Of a stretch of 64,000 nucleotides of DNA, positions 40,597 to 55,889 are shown piece after piece; positions within the stretch are counted from its first letter, which is position 1, and each line of letters begins with the position of its first letter. This stretch comes from Octopus vulgaris (lineage: Eukaryota), in the NCBI GenBank assembly GCA_951406725.2, contig OX597832.1, positions 35,898,001 to 35,962,000 on the forward strand. Reading direction: 5' to 3'. A model generated the notes under the pieces. That model had not been told where the DNA came from and did not search any database. It saw nothing but the letters and a program-made list of their open reading frames with translations. Both the position numbers and the translations under genes were made by a program.

Positions 40597-40755
40597 CTTT
40601 ATTTAAAGCAGCAGAAAATTCAACAAAACCTGTTACTCTGAGTTTCACGTTACCGTTCGTCGGACAGTTTTTGCTAGCAAAAAACTGTCCGACGAACGGT
40701 AACGTGAAACTCAGAGTAACAGGTTTTGTTGAATTTTCTGCTGCTTTAAATAAAG
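40597..40755. repeat. 159-bp near-perfect palindrome (inverted Penelope-type terminal repeat)
   Basis: Arms of about 79 bp are exact reverse complements around GCTAGC, apart from T5 versus A6. Sits between (TA)n tracts. Confidence 0.95.
40681..40727 (+). ncRNA. Minimal type I hammerhead-like ribozyme, variant core (Penelope pLTR type)
   Basis: CTGT-CCGACGA-ACG(GTAA)CGT-GAA-ACTC(A)GAGT-A-ACAG: stem I, core with U4C, stem II with GNRA loop, GAAA, near-loopless stem III, GUA cleavage triplet. A mirror copy lies on the minus strand at about 40625-40670. Confidence 0.6.
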
Positions 40756-40842
40756 TGTATATATATATATATATATAGATAGATAGATACTTACATACAT
40801 ATACGTGTATGTAGGCATGAGTGTGTGTATACTTACTCCCTA

Positions 40843-41017
<175 letters not shown>

Positions 41018-41124
41018 GTTATATATAAAGTTTTACCGAATATGGTCCTTTCCATACCGAAAGACTACTAGGTGAAATTTATTAATTTTATTAAATTAAT
41101 TATATTTCACCCTTTATATGTATC

Positions 41125-41222
<98 letters not shown>

Positions 41223-41756
41223 TTGTGTGTGTGTACACATGTATGTATGTATGTGTAGAGGTGCGTGTTTTAGTGGTTAGGGAGTTGTACACATTGTGTT
41301 TTCGATTCCTGGACCACGTGATGCATTGTATTGCTGAGCAAAACACTTCATTTCATGTTGCTCCAGTTCGCTCAGCTGGTAAAATATGTAATCCTTTGAT
41401 GGACCACATCCCATCCAGGTGGGAAATATATAGCCACGGATTCTGAGGAACAGGCCTGAAGAGCCTATTGCTGCTCGGAAAGGGTCTTTGGTCCTTTGCG
41501 TACGTATGTATGTACATAGCAGACTTGATTTAAAAGAAGAAAGAAACTGCAGAGCACAAAGTTTCCCCCTTTTTACATTTTCCTATTTTATGTTGCAATC
41601 ACGAGGACGTTGCAGTTCACTTGCCAGTTGTCTGATGGTACAGATCTTTCGTTAGTCTAGGACTCCTCCTCCTCCTCGTCGGTTATCCAACCTCCTGTTT
41701 CTAACGAAGATGTATACATACATTATATATTACACATATATATATGTGTATCTCAG

Positions 41757-41972
41757 TATGTAGTAGAAAAGTTCCTCGCTTTAAGAGTATCGCCAGAGGC
41801 CTGGTTCGAAACCCAACCTTCTGAGTTCTTTTACAGGGCTTAAAAAAACTGAAGGACCGTTGCAAGAAGTGTGTGAATCTGAGAAGGGAATATGTTGCAT
41901 AAAATCATAAGCAACTGATCCTCCTGTATTTTGTTTTACCTAAAGCCAGGAACTTTTACCTAAAGCCCTCGT
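41757..41972 (+). mobile_element. Mariner-derived MITE
   Basis: Inverted ends AAAAGTTCCTCGCTTTA / TAAAGCCAGGAACTTTT. Internal remnant of the transposase C-terminus KLKDRCKKCVNLRREYVA*. Confidence 0.65.
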
Positions 41973-42336
41973 ACACTTATACTTATCTACGTACACATTC
42001 TTTCTCACACACACACACACAGGCATACTTATTGGATCATTTGAAACATGGCCAATATGCTGCAACAATCGTTTATACGCAGCCGTTGAGACGTATTGTC
42101 CATGTTGTAAAGAGACAATGAATTACTTATTCCTGCTCTATTTTTAACGGAGTGAGGATCTATAATTCATTATTAGATCATTTCTACCTTCGCTTCTTCG
42201 GAGTTTGTCTGTCTCCCTCTCTCTCTCACTCTGCTGGTCACTCTCCTCTCTTCCTCTGTGTGTGTGGTGCTCCAGCATGGCCGTAGTCAAATGACTCAAA
42301 CAAATAAAAGAATAAACAAAAGGATATATCTATACA

Positions 42337-42389
<53 letters not shown>

Positions 42390-42487
42390 GCAAGCTGGGT
42401 ATCGGATTAACCATTCTGATTAATTTACAAGTCTCCTTTGCAAGCCATGAGACTGAATCCTGAGAACTTTCTTTAATATTAAGCAAG

Positions 42488-42718
42488 GGCGGTGAGCTGG
42501 CAGAAACGTTAGCACGGCGGGCGAAATACTTAGCCGTATTTCGCCTGCCGTTACGTTCTGAGTTCAAATTCCACCGAGGTCGACTTTGCCTTTCATCCTT
42601 TCGGGATCGATTAAATAAGTACCAATTACGCATTGGGGTCGATGTAATCGACTTAATACCTTTGTCTGTCGTTGTTTGTCCCCTCTGTGTTTAGCCCCTT
42701 GTGGGCAATAAAGAAATA
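42488..42718 (+). mobile_element. tRNA-derived SINE family A (other copies: 4578-4801 +, 39046-39390 + two tandem, 2281-2449 -, 61140-61325 -, partial 14855-14950)
   Basis: A-box-like GGCGGTGAGCTGGCAGAA, B-box-like GAGTTCAAATTCC, and a conserved central GCCTTTCATCCTTTCGGG.TCGAT.AAATAAGTACC shared among copies. Confidence 0.85.
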
Positions 42719-43286
42719 CATATTAAGCGAGATGACATAGGTTCTGTAATGAATTTACAACAGCTCAAAGCTTTGGTTCCTCGAATACTCCTGGAGAAAT
42801 ATCGGTTGGCCAGTTTCTCTACATTTTCACTGAAAGAAAGCCGATGAAAGCAAAGTTTGAAGTTCTGTTGTCTGGAACGGAGAGAGAAAGAGAAATAGAG
42901 AGAAAGAGAAGTAGAGAGAAAGGAGGGAGACATTGCTATCATCATCATTGTCACTGTCGTCGTCGTAGTAGTAGTAGTAGTAATCGTTATCATCATCATC
43001 ATCATCATCATCATCGTCGTCGTCGTCATCGTCGTCGTCGCCTGGCAGATTGAGCAGAAAAAAGCACAATAAAACTCTTTTGATTCTACGAGATACCCAT
43101 ATAGTTATCACTCTACGTGCTAGAAATAGCAACTAAATCTCCTTCAAACCACATTCCATCGCTTTATAAAAAGAAGGATGCTTTTGACTATGTTGTCGTA
43201 GACGTGCATGAAAAGACAGTATGGTCGTGGCTGGAACACCTCCATCATATGTTTGGTCGGCAAGAACTGATTTGGGGCTACTCCCC

Positions 43287-43334
<48 letters not shown>

Positions 43335-43649
43335 TATAAAAGTTCATCCGATCTCAGTCGAAGCCAACCAAGTTAAAACAGTGGTCTATGGCTCCTGAGG
43401 CCCCAGTTATCTAATTATTTACCGCAAGAAAATCAGAAACGTGATGCTGATGGTGATGCTGATGGCGATGATGGTAATAATGAAGAAGAGGGGGGAAGAC
43501 GTTGATGACGATTGTGAGTAAATACACACACAACCGTATAATATATAACGAACAGGCAGCAGTGAATGTTGTAAAAAGATAGGTTAATATCTATCACTAG
43601 CACTATGATCCGGCAACGCCGGGTCATAGTGCCAGTGCATCTATATACT

Positions 43650-43965
43650 GCTGTGTGCGTGCGCACATACACGCGAGTTCTGTCCAAATCTCCGACCAAT
43701 CCCATACAGCTAGCTGGCATTCAATTGGCGTATCAAGTTTCGGGCATTTTGATTGGGTTTTCGATAGAAAATTCACAAAAATGTCACTTCTATTGATTTT
43801 TTAATGGCTTTGCAGGGTGACTGGGGAAATGTAAAGATGTGCACGACCACCCTTGGATGGTTTTGAATGACCATAGAAAGTGCGAGCCCTCTCACTGAAA
43901 AATTGTGGATTTGTATAAAGGACACACACACACACACACATTTTGCCGTTTATATGTAGAGAGAT
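43650..43965 (+). mobile_element. Possible Helitron/Helentron-type non-autonomous repeat 3' part
   Basis: Ends in (CA)n followed by TTTTGCCGTTTATATGTAGAGAGAT, the architecture of HINE/DINE-like ends. No coding evidence. Confidence 0.3.
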
Positions 43966-43985
43966 TATTACCATCTATCGTTTTT

Positions 43986-43990
43986 GATGA

Positions 43991-44024
<34 letters not shown>

Positions 44025-44026
44025 GG

Positions 44027-44069
<43 letters not shown>

Positions 44070-44074
44070 AATGA

Positions 44075-44108
<34 letters not shown>

Positions 44109-44164
44109 GGTGGTGGTGGTGATGATGATGATGATGACGACGGCGGCGATGATGATAATGATGA
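43986..44164. repeat. (GAT)n/(GGT)n compound trinucleotide repeat
   Basis: Read directly. Gives the poly-D/H/M spurious ORFs. Confidence 0.95.
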
Positions 44165-45041
44165 CTGCCGAGGAAGCTGTAAAACTCCCCTGTCATAAGA
44201 TACTCGTGTGACTCATCGATTGCCCCGACTATAAATGTCTGTTAACTTAACTATTAGCTTTTTTTAAAAGAATTTTTGTGCTGAAGACGCGCCTGAGTAA
44301 TTAACCAAATTGATTTATTGTTCCTTGATATATTGTTGTATTTTGGGAGGATCAGTCCAAGAGCACTTGACTTCTTTAGTGTCATTGATTAATTAATTAA
44401 GTCTTGATTGATTTGTCTAATCTGTCCATTTAAGGCTGACCAAGTTAGTAAACAACAAAACCGTTGATCAAGTTGTACTCAGTGCAAAAGGGGGAGTATA
44501 GTAAATCAATGGAGCATAAACAAAAGCTGTCAACACGAAGAACGAACTTAACCCAGTGATCAAGTTCTAGTTATGGTAAGAGAAAACGCGTATGACTTGG
44601 AAGTTCTGTCCAATGTCCCATGCAAAATAAAGTCAGGAGTAAACCTGTTCAAAAATCTCAACCACAGCAGCAGATGGTTTGGATGTGTCACATTGCGGTT
44701 ATATAGTTTCTTTTGTATACTCTGGTTACACAAATACAAAGGAGATCAATATCGATTTGCTTGGGTTCTGCATTTCTACCTTCTTCCGTAGCAAGCATCC
44801 GTGTGTGGGACTGACACACTGTGCAGCAATTACGAGCAGAGAATGCGGGTAGGCTGCTCCACAGAAACTTATTACATTTAAAATAAATTCTTTATAAAGA
44901 TTGTTCAGCAAAAACATTTCTTTTTTTATTCCGTTATTGATCGGTCGTAAAACGTCCTCAACAGGTGAGTCCATCATATATGCATTCCTCTGTGTGTGTG
45001 CATAGCTGGATTATATCCATATTTATGTTTGCACTTACAGA

Positions 45042-45108
<67 letters not shown>

Positions 45109-46299
45109 TGTATGTATGTATGTATGTATGTATGTATGTATGTATGTATGTATGTATATGTATATGTATATATACTTATTCAAAAAATCAATTACATCAA
45201 TGAAGGAATATCCCCATAACAACTGTGTATATAAAACTACGTGTCTACACCAACATGTATGTATGTATGTATGTATGTATGTCTTTATGTCTATATTTAT
45301 CTATCTATTTATCTATCTATCTATCAATCTATACACACACACACATATATATATATAAATAAATATATATATATATATATATGGGAGAATTGATGAATTG
45401 ATAATTGTGTAGTTATGTATGTATGCATGTATGTATGTATGAATGAATGAATGTATGTATGTATGTATGTATGTATGTATGTGTGTATGTATGTATGTAT
45501 GTATGTATGTATGTATGTGTGTAGACTCAATGGTTAGCTGCAACAGAAAATGAAAAAAGAAAAAGCAAGTTTAACCGCCATTTCGCTGAACTATGAAAAT
45601 GCTAACAACCGGTCCTCTAAGCGACCAAAATTTTAATTATCGGTTCTGGATTCCAGTATCGGAAATAAGTCAATCAATCTAATATCAAGAATTAAATATT
45701 GACTGATTTTCGACTGAACGTTTTGTGTCTCTGGTCTTTCGGATAAAGAAATGAGCCAAAAACTGAAGTTGAGCGTTGAATCTACAAAACTAGCGATAAG
45801 CCGATAGGTGGGAGTGAGTGGAAGTAGGCCGGCGGATGGGTGTAACAATAAAAAGGATACAGATAGGGTTGTTATTACGATGAAAGAGTGGAGAGAAGAG
45901 GGATATAGGCAAAGAGGCAGAAGATGATGTCTCGACCCCTACAATCCCATGAGACCCGAGCGTATGAGGATTTCCAGGTATTTCGGTGATTGAGAGCAGA
46001 AAACCCACACTAAATTGAGCGAGAAGCCAGTTCATCGCACTTTCAGCTGTGGGCTGCAGTAAGGTGAAAGTAAAAACCTTGCTCAAGGGCAACAAACCGC
46101 TAATAATCCGGAGCTCTTGACTACGTGCCTTCACCAATTTCATATACACATGGATGTTTCAGTGTATACTCAGATACATACAAACACTCATGTCGACACA
46201 TGAAATAAACTTTTCTAGACTTCAAAACAGAAAATCATACACAACAAACAAACAAGAGAATAATTCCCACTCCAAAACATTAAAGAACGAAACTACATT

Positions 46300-47350
46300 G
46301 CCAGTACTTGTGCGCCGAGTTACGTGGCGTGATTGACATCAGAACTGATTCTCGGGAGGTTTCTCTTCAGCTTGAAGCAATATGTCAACAACCTGTTCTC
46401 ATTAAAAAAATGATTTTAGAACCGATGCTTCAAAACTATGTACAGAAGACTGGAACTGTATGCGTGCGCACGTGTTTCTAAGTAGACTCTATATACACAC
46501 AAAAAACATATACACTTACTACGAAGTTATGAAACTTTGACACATTAAAACAATTCATTCCGGCGATGACGATGACGATGACTTTGTTGTTGTTGTTGTT
46601 GTTGTTGTTTAGGTGCCGTACGCTCTGAACGGAAGAGACAAACTCCAGTTTTTTGGATCGATACCAGGTTACTCCTGAACGTACACGCACAAAAGATTTC
46701 TCCACCCTGTCGTCACCGGCGATGAAAAATACTGTCTTTACATGAATAAGATGCAAAGGAAAGAATGGCCGAATCCCGACAAGCTCGCAACATCTGGAGA
46801 CAACCAGAGCTGCATTCGCACAAAACAAGGATCAGTATTTGGTGGGATTGTAATGGGATAATCCACTGAGAAATACTTTAAAAATAACTAAAAAAAAACA
46901 AAAAAAAACTCGGTCAACGCGGAATTTTCTCTTCAGTAAATACACTGGCAATCCAGCTTAAACGAGCCAAGCCAGGGGCAGACCCACGATGGGGGGTTGA
47001 GAGCCACGTGCACCCATTCTCAAGAAAAGAAGTGCGCTCTCCTAAATAATGTCATTTCACCCTTTTCTCCTGGAATTGTATTCCCTTCTGATTTTGTGCT
47101 CACCTTTCAAAAATTTCCTGGGACTGCGTCTGCAACCGGTGATATGGCGTGTTCCTCCAATACCATAGCGCTGCCTCCCACGTCGCTACTTTGAGAAAAA
47201 TGCTATTCAAGAATATAGTTTGGGAAGTTCTAGCATTCCCAACGTATTCACCTGATATACTACGTTCAGATTATTATCTTTTTCAGTCGCTCTCCAAAAG
47301 TCTGCGATGCGTTTTGGTCAAAAACATGAAGCTGAAAACGTGGCATTGAC
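46300..47350 (+). mobile_element. Decayed mariner transposon with nested insertions
   Basis: VPYALN, FLHPVVTGDEKYCLYMN and GVFLQYHSAASHVA...WEVLAFPTYSPDILRSDYYLFQSL motifs. Confidence 0.75.
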
Positions 47351-47650
47351 GAATTCTTCGAGTGACAACCTGGCGAACCCATATACACACAACTTTACAG
47401 ACGGCCGCAACAGTATCAACAACACGACTAACAACGACAGCAACAGAGGCAGTGACAACGATGACAATAACAACAACACAAATACAGAGAGATACAGGAA
47501 CTGTACCAAATGTTCGGTTCTTAGGACAGCAGCAGCAACAACGGAGGGAGAGGATGGGGTTGAGAGGAAGGTCATACAGCTACTTAGAACGATGACACAC
47601 ACACAAGCATACAGACACACATGCGCACACACATACGCACATACACACAC

Positions 47651-47721
<71 letters not shown>

Positions 47722-48168
47722 CGCAAACGCATGCTCACAAAAGGATACACATCTTAGAAGAGCAGAATGAAATAAGTGGAGCAAAAGCGCACACAAAGAT
47801 GAAAGGTGTCGCTGAAGTGGTCACAGATGTGTGACGAAAGCTTTCTGGACAATGGACATGAGTTAGAATAAGAACAGTAATAAACGAGTGAAGAACAAAT
47901 ATATTGTGAGCGTGTTTATATAGGAAAAAAAAACAAGATAAAAATGTCTATCCCGAAATACAACAATACCTGTTTCAACACACGATTTCACATCAGGAGT
48001 TTTGCAAAAACAAATTCATAAACGTATGGATATATATATATGTTAATATACATATGTATATGTATGTGTGTGTGTGTATAAGTATATATAAATATATAAG
48101 TATATATATATATATGTGTATGTATATATACAATACTTTACGATAAACACAAGTTTATATCCATTTAT

Positions 48169-48210
<42 letters not shown>

Positions 48211-48217
48211 CTATGTA

Positions 48218-48337
<120 letters not shown>

Positions 48338-48879
48338 GAGAGAGGCAGACAGACAGACAGATAGATATATAGATATATACATACATATATATATAAATGA
48401 ATATAAACTTGTGTTTATCGTAATGTATTCTATGCACACACACACACACACACACACGCACACACACACACACACATATATATCCACACACACATACATA
48501 TATATATATATATGTATATTAATATAGATATTTTTCACACACACATACACGCGCACGCATAAGCTTAGAAAAAAATCCCAAATATTAATTTATTCCGCCA
48601 TTTATCACGCTGAAAACGAGGCCGTGTGTCAGTTGTCTTCTGAACAGATAACGTTTAACCAAGAGACACCTGTAAAGAAGAAGAGAAGAAAGACACAAGG
48701 GAAATAAACAAAATTTACTATAATACAATGTCAAGCAGACGTAAACCAGATGTTTGTGGTCTACTTATATAGACCGGTGGTCTACTTTGACCAGATGTTT
48801 GTGGTCTAGTTATAGACCGGTGGTCTACTTTGAAATTCCGACAAGATGTATTTCTTGAATTGCGGACATACAGAAAAAA

Positions 48880-49400
48880 CCCCGTTACTCGAACTTATGT
48901 CGTCGTGGGAGGTTCTCAAGCTTTTTAATAGATACAGTTTTTCAAGAGAACACACTGAACAATTTTTAGACCCGTCAATATAGGGTTTGGATTTGGAGAG
49001 GATTTTCCATTTGATGTCGAAACTGGTCCCTTCGTTTTAAGTTTCCAGATTAAAGCCGAAAGAGTTGTTGAATGTCTCTTATTACCAGGGCCGGCCCTAG
49101 GGTTGCTGACACCCCGGAGTGTACAAGCTGACGGTCGTGGAAATTTCCTTGTCTTTGTCACGCCATCGTTGGTGCCCCTGGCTCATGGCGCCCCGGGCGA
49201 CTGCCCAAGTTTCCGGTACCTTGAACCGGCACTGCTTATCACAGTACCTAAAATGCGAAAGATGGTTGTTATATCTAGATTTCAATTTTCCTTCCACGGC
49301 TCCGATATAATATTCTATATCTGTACGACCATTGTCGTGGTTTGCTGAAATCTGTGCTTCATAAACAACGGAAGATTTGTCTCTACATGTGGATCCGAGG
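48880..49400 (-). mobile_element. Penelope-like GIY-YIG endonuclease fragment interrupted by a MITE
   Basis: VEGKLKSRYNNHLSHFRYCDK [MITE] NKRHSTTLSALIWKLK..FDIKWKILSKSKPYIDGSKNCSVCSLEKLYLLK (one frameshift). Confidence 0.85.
49086..49234 (+). mobile_element. hAT-type MITE, copy 1 (149 bp)
   Basis: TIRs CAGGGCCGG...CCGGCACTG. 8-bp TSD CTTATTAC (49078-85) / CTTATCAC (49235-42). Confidence 0.88.
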
Positions 49401-50145
49401 CAGGCTCGAGTCGTTCGTTGCTATTTAACATTTGGAGGGTTTGAAAAATGATGTTCAGCGTAGTGAACATAAGAAAGAATACTATTATTTTAAGGTTATA
49501 TTTACTCTCTTACCTGATTGAGTTCTTTTCTGCTGGTTGAAGCATGTGTGTGTGTGAATATCTCCCCTACTAACGGAATTACCCTGTTATCTTACTATAT
49601 TCTCTTTTCTTCGCTGCAAAATGGTTGCATGTTTGTGTGTGTAGGTTCGACATCTTCTACTTGTCGCGCATTCTTTATATTCTGCCCACCCCCGACCTAG
49701 ATGCAATTAAAGAAATTTCTGTCGGCAGGAAAAGTAAATAACTGATTATAAAGCCTTTGGAAGTTGTTAACAATAATTTATGCAAATATTCTGCTCAAAA
49801 CGACAGATTTGCTTGTCAGCTGCTTGACCATAACCAGTTGAGTTTGTCCTTTAGTGGCTGATGATATGTGCATCTCTGATCACGAGTAGGAGTAGTGGGG
49901 GAGCATCATAACCATGTGTTGAGAGGAATTCTTTGGGGTTTGAATAATTCACCTCTGGACACATATCCTTAAGCAACCCGCATTCAGGGACTTTTTGAAC
50001 GGGATTGGCTACTCAACCTGAAGAAAATTCTAACTGGGCCCCATCTGCAAGGTGAAGCGCTGTTCATCTTGATATAAGATCACCATGTAGCGCACATTAA
50101 CGTTATGATGCAAGAGCCTGGTGTACACTTATCATACTACTACTA

Positions 50146-50232
<87 letters not shown>

Positions 50233-50519
50233 ATAATAATAATAATGATAATAATAATGATAATAATAATCCTTTCTACTAAAGGCTCAAGGCCTGGAAT
50301 TTAGAGGGAGGGGGACTAGTCGATTACATCAATCCCAGCAACTGACTGATATTTATTTTATCCTTTCGGAGTCCAGACTCTACCTACCAGAATTGTGGGA
50401 GTGGGGCCAGAGGACTGCTAAACGCAGAAGGCATCGTTGGTATTGCAATACTGAGTTTGAAAAATGAGGTTCTGCATAGTGAAGAAAGAATACTATCGAC
50501 GGCTAAAATGTCCAAAAAA

Positions 50520-51461
50520 TTACCGAAGTAGTAGAATTCATAAACATGGGGAAGAACAACAGAACAAGTAGATGGAAAGAAAAGAAATTACATAGCCAAT
50601 TGATGCAACGAACCAATGATGTTGGAAGTAAAGAAGTCTTATTGTGGTTGACGGACGGAAATCCGAAACGCGATATCGAAGCGCTAATTATAGCCGCTCA
50701 GGAACAAACTAGTAAAACGAATTTGATAAAGGCGAAGATTGATAAACCTCAGTCATTGAGCAAACGCAAAATCTGTGAGAAAGGAGATGAAAGTATAAAC
50801 CGTCCCTTGAGTGAACGCAGTAAGCTTCCACAAAAAGAGTATAATAGGAGGCATGATTGCATAGCTAAAAGAGAGCATTGAGATGCCAACTGAATGTGTG
50901 GTTTGAACTAAAACCTGAGGCCATGATAAAGAAAAATTACCGGATTTTATTGGATTCCTCCATAAAGAGTGACCATACTACTGGAGTAAGAAGACCAGGT
51001 ATGATTATAGAGGACATGTACACACGCACACGCACACACACACTCACACGCACACGCACACACACACACTCACACACGCACGCGCACACACACACTCACA
51101 CGCACACACACACACTCACACGCGCACGCGCACACGCACACACACACAACACAAACAGTGTAAAATCACAGACTTTGCAAGAGTGGATACGAAAGAAATT
51201 GAGAAAGTTAATAATTATTTGGAATTTTTCAGAGAGGTAAAGAAATTGCCGAAGAATAAGATGATAATTATTTCGGTGGTAATTGGTGCACTTAGCACCA
51301 CATTCGCGTTGCTTCCCAAGAGGATGAAAGATATTGGAAATGAGACTTGCATGGACGATATTGTGAAAAAAAGTGCAATCCTATATTCGGCAAGAGTCCT
51401 AAGAAAGATTTCCAGGACTAAATATCAAAACGGCAGCCCTGCCAACTGTAACGTACTGCTG

Positions 51462-51492
<31 letters not shown>

Positions 51493-51520
51493 AAATAATA
51501 ATAATAATAATAATAATAAT
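50520..51520 (+). mobile_element. R4/Dong-like non-LTR retrotransposon 3' fragment
   Basis: WKEKKLHSQ..LWLTDGNPKRDIEALIIAAQEQTSKTNLIKAKIDK..QKEYNRRHD; ILLDSSIKSDHTTGVRRPG; EIEKVNNY..SVVIGAL. Contains a (CA/CACG)n insert and ends in a (CTA)n(ATA)n tail. Confidence 0.8.
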
Positions 51521-51529
51521 AAAGCGTTT

Positions 51530-52430
51530 TTTTTATTATTGCCGCTGGCGTTGCGGATGAAAGGACATTATAGATACAGGTTACAGTAAGAGATTTAAAG
51601 CACAGACATTATACAAAATATAATAATGTCCCAAGAGGAGGGACACAATCTAGGGCCTATCGAGGAGCTCCCGCATATCGATGGTTAACCCTAACTACTA
51701 ACTAGTAAGCGCCCTCTATATACAAATGCGTGCTGAATGTAGACTCACTGACACAAGTCGTATTTGCCGCTCTCCTACGTTTCAGCAAATTTTCTGGAGA
51801 GCCGCACTTCCCTTTCTACCAACACTTTCCTGTGGACCTTGAAAAAGTTGATGTGAGCCTTGCTAAGTTGCTAAGATAGTGTCCGAGTTCGGTCCTTTAA
51901 GTATTGACCACCATATAATCTCTTCCGCCATAGCCACAACACAGAGGAAAGCTGCCATCCCTTTTCGGTCAGAGGAAGGTACTAACGTGACAATATTATC
52001 GGTCAAGCTTGATGACCGGATTTATCTCATAAGTAATAACTCGACATAACTGCACAAACCAGCAATGTTTGGGCGCTGAACAAGCGGATGTATAATGATT
52101 TTGTTACACTACACGTGTGAGACAGGAGTAGCTGACAATACTTCTGTACCTGAAGAATAGACGATGAAGCAGCGAAGACCCACGGTGGCTCAGCCAGGCC
52201 AGGGATTTCTGGAAGTTATCCATAGCACTCACAATGAAAATTTTCTATAGTACACCAGCTGATTGATTCTCGCTGAAACCCGAAATTTTTCCGGGTAAGT
52301 CATCTCCGTTCCCCAAACACTAGCTCCTTAGAAAGAGTTAACTGGAAGATCCACCATCCTCTTGGACGAGTTGCAGAGAGTTGTCAGGTGAAATCTCTAG
52401 TTAACCTTCTTTAAAGGACTACTGGTGAGG
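51530..52430 (-). mobile_element. Decayed L1/Tx1-like LINE 3' fragment
   Basis: Minus-strand fragments AAFLCVVAMAEEIIWWSIL and NFFKVHRKVLVEREV resemble the Tx1-type ORF2 C-terminus. An A-rich tail lies near 51530. Confidence 0.45.
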
Positions 52431-52629
52431 ACAAAAAAAAAAACAAACAGTAATTAAAATTTTAAAGATAGGCACGCAGTTACGTATGTTTTGCGGGAGA
52501 AGAATCAATCGACTCGGTGTACGTCTCTGGTTCTTATTTTATCGAATCCCGAAGAGTGGAAAACTAAACCTTTCGGGACCTGAGCTTAAAACTTTATATG
52601 TGTGTACACGTAAGAGTGTGGTTAAGTAA

Positions 52630-52660
<31 letters not shown>

Positions 52661-53019
52661 CACGTATGTATTTATAAATGGAATTTCTTTTTAGCTCTTT
52701 CCGATAGAGTTTGACAAAGCCAGATTTAGGAAACTTTAAAGTCACTGAACTTTGAAAAACAATTATTTATCTCTGTATAATATCTACTTTCATTTTCAGA
52801 CGGCGTTTAACACGCTGTGGTTATAATAAAAGGGTTCATAAATACATCAATGTGTATACTTGGTCACACGCAACTAATAATGATTTATAAATTTAAATTT
52901 ACGGAAAATATCGCCCCACTTATCAATAAAGGCTTATTATTTAAATAAATACACTAAATACGATACACTCGCACACACTTTAATTGTGGGTAGTGGTCAT
53001 ACAAGTGTATGGTCATATA

Positions 53020-55184
<2,165 letters not shown>

Positions 55185-55643
55185 CAGACCTTACTAGTAA
55201 CTGCCGTCAGCTGCCATAGTGTCGTGTGTTGAGCTCACACTTCGGATATGAAGCTTTCGTTTCCATTGCACTTTCGACAACGAGCAGATTGGATATGAAC
55301 CGAACACACGGACATACAAACACACACATCACACATCACATACTGCCACACACGCACACGCACACAGAGATGCTGCACTATCAGTGTTTGTGAGGGAGGG
55401 AGGGAGAAAGGATGTGCTACTCACTAGTCACCTACATCGGGGACTCTATAAACGGTGGAGCAATGTGCTAGAGATAGCAGCTAAATTTCCATCAGATCGT
55501 TCTCTAGTGTCGTTAACAAAGTAGGCGTCGGACTGTGTAGATCCTTATAGGCAAAAGATGGTATGGTCACGGATGGAATGACTTACATCATAGGTCTGCC
55601 TCCAATGAGTGGTAACCCGCGGTAGAAAATAAAAGTAAACTCT

Positions 55644-55660
55644 GCCGCCGCCACCGCCAC

Positions 55661-55692
<32 letters not shown>

Positions 55693-55696
55693 CCAC

Positions 55697-55728
<32 letters not shown>

Positions 55729-55777
55729 CCGCCGCCACCGCCACCGCCGCCACCGCCACCGCCACCGCCACCGCCAC
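55644..55777. repeat. GC-rich (GCC/ACC)n trinucleotide repeat
   Basis: Read directly: GCCGCCGCCACCGCCACC... Confidence 0.95.
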
Positions 55778-55889
55778 TATCCTTCCTCTTAACTTCCCCT
55801 TTCCTCCCTCAGTCTTTTTTCCCTGTATACCCCTACAATTCACACACACACACACACACACACACAGAGGCCTCTACCTGTACGAAATT

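Noticed and set aside
42488-42580. tRNA genes at SINE heads
   Set aside because: A/B-box-like motifs are present, but there is no cloverleaf and the sequence continues into a repeated SINE body.
48745-48835. ~44-bp tandem duplication with GGTCTA/TAGACC hairpins downstream of a Penelope fragment, considered as a ribozyme
   Set aside because: No CUGANGA/GAAA core on either strand. Treated as a local duplication.
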